A stretch of DNA of 62,873 nt, counting the filler, from Atractiella rhizophila (Eukaryota): assembly GCA_021432655.1 (NCBI GenBank). It is 4 parts of 4 records of this genome, joined end to end, with 100 filler letters (N's around TTAATTAATTAA, not from the genome) between each part and the next. Parts side by side here need not be neighbours in the genome. Positions count along the whole stretch, not along the records: positions 1 to 25,329 come from MU271775.1; positions 25,430 to 50,732 come from MU271776.1; 2 more parts are not named here. One strand, written 5' to 3'. Numbering within the stretch: the first letter of the stretch is position 1; every line of letters starts with the position of its first letter. This document shows positions 13,154-25,714 of this stretch, piece after piece. The notes under the pieces are model-generated. The model made no database searches. It was not told where the DNA came from and saw nothing but the letters and a program-made list of their open reading frames with translations. The translations under genes were made by a program, and so were the position numbers.

Positions 13154-14999
13154 CTAAACAGCAGGAGCAGGAACAGGAACCTCAGATCTTCTTGTTGGTG
13201 TATTCTTCCTTTCTTCAGGAGGAACAGGATTGCAAGCATGAAGCAAGCGTTCAGCATGGGAGGCGTTGTGATGCTGGGTCCTACACGCATGGCCATACCT
13301 TGAGGTGAAGATTCAATAAGTAAATGCGCTCCTAATGAACGGATGAAAAGACAAACCAGCACTTGGGTCGTTTTCCTACGTCCTCTGGGATTTTCCCTTC
13401 CTCCATTAATTTGGGATATAGCTCAAACCTGTAACTGCGTTCATCGTTCGGATGGTTGGAGTAACGCAGTAACGAACCACCAGTTTCTGATTTGATCTTG
13501 GGCGTTGATGACGTACCGGACACAATGTACGCATAACCTGCTCCCTTTGTTATATTCTGTTCCATCGCTCTGCAATGAAGCTAAGTCAACTTGATAAGAA
13601 CACCATGGCGAAGAACGAACATCATGTAAGGTCGTTTGAGTTGCAAAGTACGCCTGCAACAAGCCAGAACTTGACCCATCGGCTGTTCTCAAGTAGTCTG
13701 CCAGCCTGTAGCGCCAAAATCGATAAGTTGATGTTAGAAGGAAAAGTCGGAAAACGCACACTTTCACTTCGTACTTCCCCATACCTCGGTATGGCTCCAA
13801 CGAGTCATTATGATATATCTGCTCCGTGTGACTGTAGATAGTTTGATCTGCACGATTTCCGGTTCGGTTTCATGAGAGCACACAACGAAAGGAAGAAACT
13901 CACCTTCCAACTTCTTCGGGCCTTCGCCACGGTTGGGACACGTCAAGAAAGCTGGGCAGTACCATTTCTCACACCTCTGACAGAACGTATCTTCGTCCTC
14001 TTCCCTCCGTGGGAAAGCGCCATTACAACTCACACAAACTCGGTGACTGGAAGGGAGATCAGAATAAATCGAATACGTGTTCTCTGCCAACGGTTCGGGA
14101 CAGACGTAATTGAACTGGTTGTCGGCGTGACAGCAAGGGCACGGAGGGCGAAAAACTAGTGGTTCATCTTCATCTTCCTCCTCCTCCTCGTCTTCCTGGT
14201 TATCAGAGCAGATCTCAATCTGATGTACACAGATCAGAAACGAGCCTGCCTGGTTGATAAGATGGGAATATACCGCGCGCCCAGCCTGGTAGATGCCGTC
14301 CATATATGCGATCTCCTCTGCAGTCCGCTCCCCATGCAGTGAGGTTTCTTTGGAAAGGCTGGAATAGAGAGCGAGCATCTGTTTCGTGGGATGCGAATCC
14401 ACGACTTTGTTTACTGTCTTCCTGCAAGTCGGACAGCTCGCATGCTCTTGCAGCCAAGTCGCCTGCGAACATCGAGAGTCAGGACGCTCTAACATTCATC
14501 TCAATGAACCCCTTACAGCGCATGCTCCTGTAAACAAGGATCAGCTTGGGCAAGTCATGGGTGGTGAAAGGACGAACCACAATAAACGTGCAAACAGGGA
14601 AGAAGAGCGACCTGAGCGTAGGCTATGAGCGGATCTCACTGAAGGAAACACAATGGACAGACAGGAACATAATAGAGATCGCTGCAAATTCCTATCGTTA
14701 TTAATTTCTCAGCTTCATTGTTCACAACAATAAGAGGAGAACAAACCACAGGTTAAATTGCTCAATAAATCTGCTTCAAATTTATCATCCTTACTCCCAC
14801 TGCTGCTCACTTTACTATCGATCTTCGTCTCTGTTTGTCCGCCCAACAAATTGGGTTCAAGTTGTGTTGATGTGGACGCGGACGCTTCCTCTTGCAATTC
14901 ACTGCCAGGTTCGTCGCTTCGAGGCATCTTTTTAGGAGGAGAGAGGGAAGATGTAGAGGACGTGGGAGTGAGAACGTGTTTGGTGCCTGCTAAAGACAT
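13154..14999 (-). CDS. CHFR-like RING-finger E3 ubiquitin ligase (RING, Cys-rich region, C-terminal PBZ-type motif; no FHA seen)
   Basis: Spliced RING: LTCG|ICSD...PCLHVYCG|ACA|ATWLQEHASCPTCRK. Cys-rich CVSC...FPRR...CQRCEKWYC. Terminal exon (KRPKCW)YGHACRTQHHNASHAERLLHACNP. Confidence 0.75.
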
Positions 15000-15646
15000 T
15001 GTGGAAAGTCCAGGCTCGTCGCTTTTGAAGGGAACTGGCGAGTCAGGTTGGAGTCAATTCCTCACGTGACTCTGACTCAATAACATATTGTGTTGTTTCG
15101 CCCGCTGACATCGTAAAGTGATAGATACCACAAACATTATCCTGTTGCAGCCTATTGTGAGCTCGAACGTGTGTTATTATTTCAGGCAACCCAACTTCAT
15201 ATGACAAAGAAGACCCTCCCCAAACCTACTCATCAAAAGATTACAACAGAACTTGAAATCAAAACTAAACTGGAAAAAAAGAAACTCAGATCACCGATAT
15301 GTGGCTAGGCAATACAAGAAGCAAGAGCGTGTGTGAGACCATTCTCAATCACAAATGAATGAAAGGGAACGAGGGAAAGTATAGGAGCGAAACCAGGAAC
15401 TGTCGAAAACGCAGAAAGAGATGTGAGGAGTATACCGGATGGGTACTGAATATTGCGAAAGATATATAGGATGTGAATCGTAATTGTTCATGTAGATGGA
15501 AAAGAATCCGGGATGTGTGTCGAATTCTCGTTTTCTTTGTTTTCGATTTCGCGATCTCTCAACTAGGGTAAAGTTTTGCTTGCGTGTTTTCTCCTCCTGT
15601 TGTCGTCACGATTCGCACTCTTGGCCGCAATCCCTAGCGAAAGCAA

Positions 15647-16861
15647 TCACTCCTCCTCGCTCTTTATCATCCTCTCACTCTCCAATAGATCGCTAAAGCT
15701 CTCGGCCCTACTCCTCCCCCCGTCCTTTCCCGCACTCGTCACGCTCTCGCTCGCCGGACTAGTCAGCGGCGTATTCTCCACGCTCACCCATCCATCGGGC
15801 ATCCCAACCCTCGAACCGACCACCTTCTCCCTCTTCATCCTCTTGGGCGTGGATGATAACACGTTTGCCGGGCTAGGGCTCCTAGATTGATTCCGACTGG
15901 AAGGAGCGCTGGGTATTTCAGGAGGAGGGGAGGGCGAATCGTTGCTATTCATCCTCGTTCGGAACCGGAACACGTCCTTCCATCCCTTCTTGCCCTCCTT
16001 ACTCTCCTTCCCAGCGTTCCCTCGAACCCAAGGATCGTTCCTCTGTGCCCAATTATGTCTGAAACGCTCGTATCCATCCCTGAACGCCGGCGTCACTTTC
16101 GAGTTGAAGATCAACTCGCCGCGCGGATTGGCTGACGGTGGAATGGGTGCCAGTGGCACTGCTTTGGCTGGGGATCGGGGAGTGGGGGAGGAAGAACGGG
16201 GTGGAGTGGTCGGTGAGGTGGGTCCCATGGGAGGCGCAGGGGCATAGAAGGATGGGAATGGGTAGAGGAGGAAGGAGAGGAAGGAACGGGAGCGCTCTTG
16301 GACTGAGGCGTTGAAGTAGATGTTGAGGGGGCGGAGGGAGCGGTTGGCGGATGGGATGTAACTGTTACGCAAGATAGGTGTTGATGAGTGTTTGCCAGAA
16401 TTTAACTGGAACTTCAGAGTGACGTACCGGTGGGCATAAGCGATTTTATCGTTGTATAGCCCCGTGGTGAAGAAGAGGATGAGGGTGACTATGCAGATGA
16501 GCAGGGAACCGATGTAAAAGTAGTTTATGTAGAGATACTATTCACCCTCCTTCGTCAGCCGCAGTCCGAAACTTGACAGCGGACAGCGCCAAATAACGTA
16601 CTGGAGAAGGGTTCAAAAAGACGGTATAAGCCAAAAGGAGAATTAGGGTGATGAGGCCGTAAAGAAACGCTATGCCTCCAAGTCAGCACGATATCGATAC
16701 CAACCATCAAGCGAAAGCAGACCCTCATAACGTCGACGGGTGCGCTGAAGCCCCTCCGCGACCTGCTTCAGCCGTTCTTCAAAGCGCAACAGATCGACAT
16801 AGGCTGCGTTCGTTGGAGCTGGAGCGAATGACTGGGGCGTATTTCGCCGCTTGGGAGGCAT
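15647..16861 (-). CDS. SPO7: Spo7-like regulatory subunit of the Nem1-Spo7 phosphatase
   Basis: YVDLLRFEERLKQ...RRRYE, two hydrophobic TM exons, HR|YIPSANRSLRPLNIYFN and PRGELIFNSKV...FRDGYERFR. Confidence 0.8.
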
Positions 16862-17579
16862 CGAAGTCAGCCTCTGAGGGCAGTCAGAACTGGGCGGAGT
16901 TGGTGAATTGACAGGTGAATTGAAAAGTCGTGTGTCACCGAGGAGCGGGAACACCAACTATCAAACGCCGACGTAATCACGTGACCATCTGGTTCAGCCG
17001 TGCTTCTTCTGAGAGGAATATTTTAATATCCTCAACTTTAGGCGATGTAAACGCAGATGGCTCATGAGAGAGCCTTGATGCAACGTAATCTAGCAAAGAT
17101 CTGCGTTGTGACCAAGTTTAGGGAAACCCCGTACCACCTAACTAGCTACCTACCTACCGCCAATGGGTAGCGGTCTCCAGGGGAAGATGCAATACAAAGC
17201 ATCAAGGATGAGATCGATGGAGAAGTTATAGCTAACGCACAACAGAGGGACGCTGGCGCAACATGGTAATCGATTTGACTCTTTGACCCTTGTCTTGTCA
17301 TCATACGCATTCTTCCCAACAAGGGACTTAACGCACCTTCAACAAAGGCAAAGACATAAGCACCTTAGATTAGAAGGCTCCCTTGTTATCCTCCACAATA
17401 AATAGGAGCTTTCCCTGCAGTCATCTCATCAGAAACGAGCATCACACACATCCGCAACTCGTTTCTTCAGTTCAGTTCCACGGTTACAGGTTAACCGGCA
17501 TATTTAGTAAAACACGCAAGCCGCATAGCACACTCGTCGTTTCGTTCTTTCACTTCCATCATATTGCATCTACAAGACC

Positions 17580-18500
17580 ATGTTTCTCAAAGCGGGTGGA
17601 CTACTTTCAAGACCTTCTCTTGGCTTTATTTTCCTGAACGTCGTCAGGCTTCTCACAGTGGTGTCCATTTGCCTACTCATTGCTGCTAATATTGTTCTAC
17701 TTTCTCGGTACGTCTTATTGTCCTGCTCGTTCGAAGATCGGAACTCACGTTTCCACTTAGGAATGTCGATGGCTACAAGGCCTCGTTCAAAAATAACGAT
17801 GACAATACAGCAACTAATGAGGAAACACCTGCAGAGAGTTGTGGATATGTGGCGGATACGGACGTGCCCAAGCAGGCAGGAGGAATCTTTTTCATAATCC
17901 TGACATCCATAATCAACTGTGAGCCTTTTATGCTCTTCTCTTACAATGCCACTAAACCGGCAAAAACCAGTAATCCTTCTACTACTGTACCTTCTCTCGG
18001 AACTCGAACCGCCTCTCTCCCTCATTCAACGCCTCCTCACATCCGTCTTCCCACCCATCTTCTTCTCTCCCTCCCTCTCACTCACCTTCCCCGGCCTCCT
18101 CCTCCTCTGCCTCACATCCAACATGCTCTCCCACGCCATGCCCACATCCACCGAATTCTTCCCCCTCTTCGCCTCCTGGTTCGCCTTCGTCCTCGGAGGC
18201 ATAAACCTACTCATCCTCGGCCTCCTCCCCTTCTGCCTAGGGTACGACGTCCGCTCCGCCCGTGCCATATTCACCTTCGGAGGCTCGAAGAAGGGTGCAG
18301 AAGGCTTGCCCACACCCGCGTCCGCGTCGTTTAGGGAGAAGAACGACGATATCGAGAGCCGCATCAGTGGCAGTTTGAGGAGCTTCAAAACTAGTATCCG
18401 GGATGAGAAGCCAAAGGTTATCAATATTTCGAGACCTGTACCCGCCGCTGGCGAGGACACGCCGACTGGCTTCGTCCTACCCGCTTATCAAGGCAGGTAA
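17580..18500 (+). CDS. Uncharacterised multi-pass membrane protein
   Basis: FIFLNVVRLLTVVSICLLIAANIV, luminal CGYVADTDVPKQAGG, several further hydrophobic helices; two introns. Confidence 0.65.
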
Positions 18501-19012
18501 ACGTGTGGCTCATGGACTTTCGCTTTCCATCACAATGTAGATTGTATACTATGTGCGAGCGCTTGGTCGCCATGTTAATAATACATCCTGTCGTTCCTCC
18601 TCCACGTAGTGACTAAAAGAGAAATGAGAAAGACAACCGGGTTGAGATTGAAATTGGCCCTCAGCAGTGATGGGGCAAACTGGATGAATGTAGCTTGCAT
18701 GCAAATAGAGTAGACGTGAGCACATGAAGCTACTTCAGGAAAAGCTGAAAGGCAGGTCCGCCATAGTTGTAGAAGCTGCATCGTGAGCCTAATTAGTCTT
18801 TTTAGATTGATTGATACTTGAGAATTTCCAATGCAATGATATGAACAAGAACAAGTCCCTACAAGGTCGCAACAGCAACATTGCCATTGCAAGTGACTAG
18901 CAGATATGAATTCCATATAATCAGATTGGTATAAATAAACCCCTCCTCTTGACGACTCATTTCAACAAGAAGTAGACTCACCATCCTGCACTGCTAACAC
19001 ATGACCATTCTC

Positions 19013-19383
19013 TCATGTCTCAGCTTTCTTCCTGCCCGTCTGCCGCACTTTCACCTCCTCCTTCAATTTCCCAATCAGCCACTCCTGATCGCGCAAGCTC
19101 AGTTCTCCACCATCCATGAGCTCCACCTCCTTCCTCGCTTTCGCCAGACAATCCCTCAAGATGGTTGCCTTCACTCCACCATCTCGGATCAGCTACAATC
19201 CACCACTCCGAATACAAAGGCGCGAAATTGTACCTGCTGAGCGATTTCCAATTTCGATTCATCGGTGCATTGAGATACAGACAACGCGAGCTTGAGAGCT
19301 TGAGGAAGGAGGGAATGAAAGAGGCTGAGTGTCAGAGTGTGCGCCATTTCTGGCTCTGGAACGCCAGGGTCATCGTCAAACAT
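19013..19383 (-). CDS. Small protein, possibly Mediator subunit Med9-like (3' end uncertain)
   Basis: MFDDDPG...LFHSLLPQAL...EIAQQ|ATILRDCLAKARKEVELMDGGELSLRDQEWLIGKLKEEVK resembles the Med9 helical pattern (L...AR..+..+pG...S..eQ...I..L). Confidence 0.5.
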
Positions 19384-19522
19384 AGCGTCAGCTCTCAATC
19401 AGGTATCGTGCCAGGAACTTCGGATGATTAGCTCTTCAGATGGTGGACAAACTTCTTCCACTGCTTCCTCCAGCTGGGATCCTTCCCGCCGGATCTCAGT
19501 TGTAGTCTCGATTTGTTGAACC

Positions 19523-19532
19523 AAAAATTTTC
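19523..19532. promoter_or_regulatory. RRPE-like element (AAAAATTTTC) upstream of RRP9
   Basis: Matches the yeast RRPE core GAAA(A/T)TTTT on the minus strand, about 50 nt before the RRP9 ATG. Confidence 0.3.
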
Positions 19533-19578
19533 TGAGATTCTGCCTGGAAATTTGGCTTCAGCAAAGAAACGGAGGGAA

Positions 19579-21359
19579 ATGGCACCCAAATCACTCATCA
19601 AGAAACGCAAGCGCGCGGACTCTATCTCTGACGACTTCGATTCAGACGTCGAAGTTGGACAGGACGCTCGAAGCGATGTTTCATCAGAAAGAGAGGATGA
19701 GCAGGAGACACGGGCTCAGAAGAGGGTACGGCTAGCGAAGGCGTATCTCGAGGACTTGAAGGAGCGGCAGAGGGGCAGGGATGAGGTTGATGCTGGAGAA
19801 ATTGATAGGGAGATCATTGAGGATAGACTGAGAAAGGATGCTGTATGCTTTCCCTCTGTTTTGAAACTGTGGAAGAGGTGTTGAGAAGTAGAATAGCTGC
19901 AAGAGAGTGAAAATTTCCACAATTTTGTTGCCGAGTCGGTACAGTTCTTCCCTCACCAAATGGAAGCCTAGCACTGAAAGAAAGCAATCTAGCTGATTCT
20001 GAAATCCATCCATACTACGCCGCGCAATAAAACCCATCGTCTGCCCGTTACGTATGCCTCCTGTTCACCAACACTATCGCACATTTACACCAGTTCAAAG
20101 GAGGGCACCATAATCAAATGGTCGCTCTCTCAAATTCCCACCAACGACCAAACTGGTCTCACGGGACGCATTACCTACATCGCTAAATCGAGGTCGCAGC
20201 CGAAGAAGGAAGGGAAAGGTGTGACGCAGAGAGGGAAGGTGTCGAACCACCATGGAGAGATACTCACCCTGGCTGTGAGCGAAGACGGGAGGAGGGTTGT
20301 GAGCGGTGGAAGGGATAATGTCATTGGGTTGTGGGATGTGGAGGGAGAGAAGTTAGAGTGGATCACGGGAAATAAAGCTCACCGGGATGCTGTCACTGTC
20401 TGTCTTTATTCTCTCGCCCTCCGCTTGCATTACAGGCTCATCGCTTTATGCCTCGTCCTTTGTAGGCGATCTCGATCCGTCCCGTCAACAACCAGGTCTA
20501 TACCGCCTCTCTCGACCGATCAATCAAGCTCTTCTCCCTCGAGTCCCTGGCACTCATCGACACTTTATTGGGCCACCAAGATCATGTCCTCGACCTTGCA
20601 CTCCTTCGAGGAGAGAATGCAGTGACGGTTGGAGCGCGAGATCGTACTGCAAGGTATTACAAGGTTACCGAAGAAACTGCTCTTGTATTCCGTGGTGGAG
20701 GGGAGGGAAAGAAAGGTGACAATGCGGAGAGGTATACTGAGGGTAGCTTAGAATGTTGTGCCATGATCGATAGGCAGAGCTTCCTCACAGGTGGGGACAG
20801 TGGGTATGTGTTCCCGGTTATTGATTGCCTCAGGAAACAGTCCTGAACTAAAACATAGCACAATATCTCTCTGGCATATCTCAAGGAAGAAACCTATATT
20901 CAGCCAGGCCCTAGCTCATGGAGTAGAAGAGAGCGTGGCGGAAGATGGAAGCGTGAGCAAAAATCCGCGCTGGATCACCTCCATTGCGTGCCTCAAATAT
21001 GGTGATGTTTTCGCTACTGGTCCGTCGCCTCCTCTACGCAACTAGGTCTGGACTAACTTACTTTGGCGGACCTAGGTTCATGGGACGGCCACATCCGTCT
21101 CTGGCGTCTTGAACATAATCTCAAATGCTTCTCCCCCTTGTTCACTGTACCCGTCATTGGAGTCGTGAATTCCCTTCAAATCTTGACGGCACCGATTATG
21201 GGAAGGAAGAAGGGAATCGAGGAACAAGAGGACGTGGTTGTCGTTGCTGGGGTTGGACAGGAACATCGGCTGGGAAGGTGGATGAGGAAGAGGGAGGGAA
21301 AGAATGGCGCCGTTGTCGCTGTACTAACACAGAAAAAGGAAGAAGCAATGGAGACTTGA
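19579..21359 (+). CDS. RRP9: U3 snoRNP-associated WD40 protein Rrp9 (U3-55K)
   Basis: ETRAQKRVRLAKAYLEDL, EIIEDRLRKD, WD40 repeats, RDRTARYYKVTEETALVFRGG, PRWITSIA, GQEHRLGRW. Confidence 0.93.
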
Positions 21360-21420
21360 TGGTTTGAACGCAACCAAACTAAAGTACAAAAAGTACAAAA
21401 TCAGTGGCAACAAAGGAGTG

Positions 21421-22549
21421 TCAGTAAACCTCCACTATCCGTTCCTGCTTGTCCTTCTCCAATGCCTCCTTTATTACTGCATCCAGTTCTTTCACTTTCC
21501 TCGCTGCAATATCGATGGCCTTAAATATCTCCCTCATTTCTAACGGCGTGCCTCCAGCCTTGTTCAGGACACAGACTTCGCGTTGTGCGTTTAAAGTGAG
21601 GATGAGAGAGCCTGTTGAGAGTTGGGTTTCTAGGTGTGTTGGATCGAGTACGAAAGAGTCCCTGATGCACAAGGGTGAGCACCGGATATGGTAAGTGGGA
21701 GAGCAGGAGGGAAAACGTACGTATTCGGGAAGAAGGCGAAGCTGATGCAAAGAGGGATATGATGGATGGCAATCGGCACAAGGACACGTTCGTCTTCCGT
21801 GTACTTCCAATCCCACATCAAATTCACGAATATCTAAAACAAGAAAAATGGAAAGAACATACAATGGTAACTTCCTCCCCTTCGACTGAAACATCTGGTT
21901 TCCGAAAATGCTTCAAAGCGGTTATTGCAGCTATACAAGCACAGTCGACAAGATTTCCATCATCGTTTAAAAAGTGAATGTCGACGCGTAGCTGCCAAAC
22001 CTATCTGACACAGATCAGTCATTGCGTCACAGAACTAAGAGTATGAGGGTGAAGCACACCTTCTGTCCTGCAACGATGCAAAGGGATTCACGATCCACTG
22101 CCCCACTTCGACGTATGGCCTTTTCGAGTGAACGCGAAATTTGAATCTCCTCTTCCGATGGTCTGCGAATAGAAGGTCACTGATGATGCGAAAATGTGAA
22201 AATAAAAGCATGCCGGAGGGTGTCGAAGTTGGACGCTGCTAACGCGTTAAGTTCCGATGTCAAAATAAGGAATCCCTCGAAGGGACGATCCGCTGAAGGT
22301 TTCACAACGCTTGCAGAGACTTGAGCTACTGCTCTACAAATGTAAAGCTTTCTCAACTCGATTCAATGGAGAAGATTGAGCTCACACCGTATCACCTAGA
22401 CAGCACTTGACCCATCCTAGTTGTTCTGCAAAGGTAATATGTACGTCCCTAAACTCATGAAGCCCCCTCTTACCCAACCTCTTTCCCTCTTTCAGACCTC
22501 CCAGCACAAATTCTGTCTCGATCAGCGAAGGCTCGACTTCCTTAGGCAT
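21421..22549 (-). CDS. RRP45: Exosome core subunit Rrp45 (RNase PH family)
   Basis: MPKEVEPSLIETEFVL, RPFEG, RSLEKAIRRSGAVDRESLCIVAGQK, DDGNLVDCAC...LKHFRKPDVSV, HHIPLCISFAFF, LNKAGG. Confidence 0.93.
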
Positions 22550-22842
22550 GGTCGCATTCGTGGATGAAACATAGTTTCCAGATAAAGTTTGTGTTGTACA
22601 CGAAGGCACAGGAACAAAAAAACAAAAGCCACTGACAGGAGAGGTCGTTGTTTGGGAGATTTAGGACTCGGTAAGGTGAGCTGTTACTTCGAGATAGAGG
22701 GTGTGTGGTTCTGATCGCGGCTTTCTCTGCCTCTTTTCTTTCTTTCCGCGCCGTCGTTTTGTCCCTTCACTTTACTCTTGATTTCACGTCTTCGGTGCTG
22801 GCTGAATCCTCGTCTGTCTGATCTGAAGATTAGAAGAGCATC

Positions 22843-23769
22843 ATGGCTACCCTCACGACGTGAGTGTCCTTTCTCTAGTTTTGGATATCTCGCTGAAAAA
22901 TGACTGAAAATACAGCGATATTCAAACTGAGAAGGTACGCTTCATTTTATGTTTCCGTATTTCCTGCTGATCGTGGAATTGCAGGCTTTCCAAAAGCAAC
23001 CCATCTTCCTAAAGTGAGTTTCGACCTCAGGATTTGGATGAGTGGAGATGAATGAGTTATGGCAGTGCGAAGGTGAAGGCTGGTGTGAAGAAAGTAGGAA
23101 CAAAGGACAGGCGGTGGTACAAGGATGTTGGACTGGGATTTAAGACCCCACGTACCGCCATCGAGGGCAATTACATCGACAAAAAGTGCCCCTTCACCAG
23201 CACAGTATGCCCCTGCCCTCACATTAATCGATTTAGACTCTTCTCATCGCTGCGTGGTTAGGTTTCGATTAGGGGTAGAATCTTGACTGGCAAGGTCGTC
23301 TCGACGAAGATGACAAGGACTATCATTATCCGTCGAGAATATCTTCACTTCGTCCCTAAATACCAGTGCGTGCTTCCATGATTCGTGTCGGAAAGGGCTT
23401 GTGTTAAGGTAGATAAATGCAGGCGCTACGAGAAGCGACACAAGAACCTTGCCGCTCACTGCTCTCCCGCTTTCCGTGTCAACGTGTGTCTCGTTGCGCT
23501 TTCGGTCAGACGTGAAAAACTGACAAAGAGATCGCAGCTCGGTGACACAGTAACAGTGGGCCAGTGCCGTCCACTTTCGAAGGTGCGTCTTTCCTGTTAC
23601 CGTAGCGCAATCTTTCGAGCTAAGAACATGGACTGCATAGACCGTTCGCTTCAACGTTCTCCGTGTCTCTTCGTCCAAATCTCAGCAGAAGATGGCTAAG
23701 CAGGTGCGTCTTTCACTTGGTCTCTATTGGGGAACAAGACTCAGTCTTCTGCAGTTCGGTAAATTTTAA
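22843..23769 (+). CDS. RPS11: 40S ribosomal protein S11 (uS17), 9 exons
   Basis: [75 protein letters not shown]; ends FGKF*. Confidence 0.97.
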
Positions 23770-24995
23770 GGCTTCGAATCGACCGGTTCTCATGCGCACT
23801 GTTTTTTTTATGCTCTCATGCAATCTACATCCGTTCAAGCCTAGCTATCGCCACTTATGCCTCCTAAATTGTGAAAAGCACCTTCATTAGCCTGTGGTTT
23901 CATTGGCTTGAAAGTACGGCGCATACGAATCAGTATTCCTCCATCATAAATTGTAAATATGCAAGCCCGAATCTGTCGTAACGTCCAAAAGTTGCAAGTG
24001 CGTGGCAGGCGAGCTGTTGTGCACATACTGTATTACGTATCACCATATGCTCGCGCGTCGCTGCATTCGCATTCCGAGTCATAATTGGCGGCTTGTAGCT
24101 CATAAAAGGCAGCAGCGCTTGGTTGTCCCTTCGTCTTCAGTAGTACGCTTGTCCTGGGTCGATGGAGAAAAAGTTGTAACGGTGATGCAAAAGAAATGAA
24201 ATGGGACAGAGACTTGAAGTGAACGAGCACAAGGAGTGAGGTGAGAGCTCCATATTTCAGAAGTAAAGGTCTCGAACGCTGCTCATCGAGAGCTCGTCCT
24301 TATTGCCGTTGGGCATGTTCTTTTTGGAGTTCGGCTCGATCCAATTATTTGGGAGAGCATGCTCTCCTCGCTTGGCTCAGAGTGTGAACAACAGCGACAT
24401 GGAAAATGCCTGTCCACACATGGGGAAGTATCAATGTCGTGTCTCTGCTCGAAGCTCGATGAATCGATTATTTAAAGGCAGCGTGTAAGCCCCGCCATGC
24501 CCATACCCAAAAGCTCTGACAGCACAGCGGAACAAATGTGCCGTCATCAGACTCAGTTCTCCCACCTTGGCATCATTGCATGTCGTACCTAACCGACATA
24601 TGATGTTGAGGGAAAGGGAACGTACCAATTGGGCACAGCTACCGACCTTTCTTATCATGTGTCAGCTTGATTGCTATTCAATACGCAGAGATAAGGCTAA
24701 GTGCCCGCAGGTTATCAGTTCCCGCATGGTCCAGCGGTTGAGCTGAGGAAAAAGCATGCAAAATAAATCGAGACAGCATCGTGAGAGCAGATCAATCTCC
24801 CGAATACAGCCTTATCGCGTCTTCATCACGCAACGATGATCTGTCGCTGCAATGAAAGCGCAGAACTGGTTATAAAACTCTTCCCATCCAACTCTTTTAC
24901 CTTCTCGGAGCCTTTAACTGTGGTTTAGCTCTTGTGAACTGTTTTGGGGTTCCTCCTTGCTTTCTCCTTCTTTTGATTCTCAGTGAGAAGCAACG

Positions 24996-25329
24996 ATGAC
25001 TTACGCCGAAATAAATATCGATCATGAGGCAGGTAGACCCGGTATAGTCTAATTTCTCTCACGAGAGTGGCATTGAGCTTTGGATGCTTTGGCTAGATCC
25101 TGAAGGCTTGCCTGCTGTCGAAAGTGCAGCTGCATTTCGGGAAGACAAGAAGGTACGTCAAACACTCAACTTTGGAACTTAGTTAAGTCTCGAATATTTC
25201 ATTGCAGTTTTCCAACGACCTTGAGAGAAGTGTATCTGCGAAGGAGATTGAGGTTCGACAGGCTAATAATGATGAGGATGGAAGAGAGCCCACTGTCGAA
25301 GAGAAGGCAACTTTGCGGAAAGTAGCCGC
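24996..25329 (+). CDS. PTR2: 5' fragment of a POT/PTR-family peptide transporter, cut by contig end
   Basis: MTYAEINIDHE...DEDGREPTVEEKATLRKVA matches the fungal PTR2 N-terminal EPTxEExxTLRxVA motif. Confidence 0.65.
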
Positions 25330-25429
25330 NNNNNNNNNNNNNNNNNNNNNNNNNNNNNNNNNNNNNNNNNNNNTTAATTAATTAANNNNNNNNNNNNNNN
25401 NNNNNNNNNNNNNNNNNNNNNNNNNNNNN
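25330..25429. other. Artificial contig-joining spacer (44N-TTAATTAATTAA-44N)
   Basis: Exactly 100 nt with stops in all six frames; identical copies at 50733 and 59867; flanking genes are truncated and unrelated. Confidence 0.95.
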
Positions 25430-25714
25430 CAGTGCCTTCCACTCCGCACTCTCCGGCTCAGGCGCCGGACCTAGTACTGCGCTCGGCGGAGGAGAGAGGA
25501 GGGATAGGAAGGAAGGGGGATAGTACAGCGCTGTGCCATAGCTGCCCAATGCGACAGCTGCGAATCCGAGCGCGAGACCAATTCGCGATGCTGGTGCTGG
25601 TGAACGAGGCGGAGGCGGTGAGTTGGAGGTAGATTGGAACCGCCGTGGAGTGTGAGCGGAGCGGCGCAGGAGGCCATAGAGGCTGGCAGAGGGTCTAATA
25701 CTTGGTGGCTTCAT
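25430..25714 (-). CDS. 5' fragment of a mitochondrial membrane-anchored protein (possibly thioesterase-superfamily), cut by contig end
   Basis: Arg/Ser-rich presequence-like start (MKPPSIRPSASLYGLLRRS...RRFQST), then a TM helix (IGLALGFAAVALGSYGTALYYPP) and a Pro-rich linker. Confidence 0.5.

Noticed and set aside
12845..13362. Overlapping 152-aa (+) and 156-aa (-) ORFs
   Set aside because: Shadow frames over the last exon and 3' UTR of the RING ligase and the amidohydrolase promoter; no motifs.
25374..25385. TTAATTAATTAA palindrome recurring three times as a biological repeat
   Set aside because: Always centred in exactly 88 N; an assembly linker.
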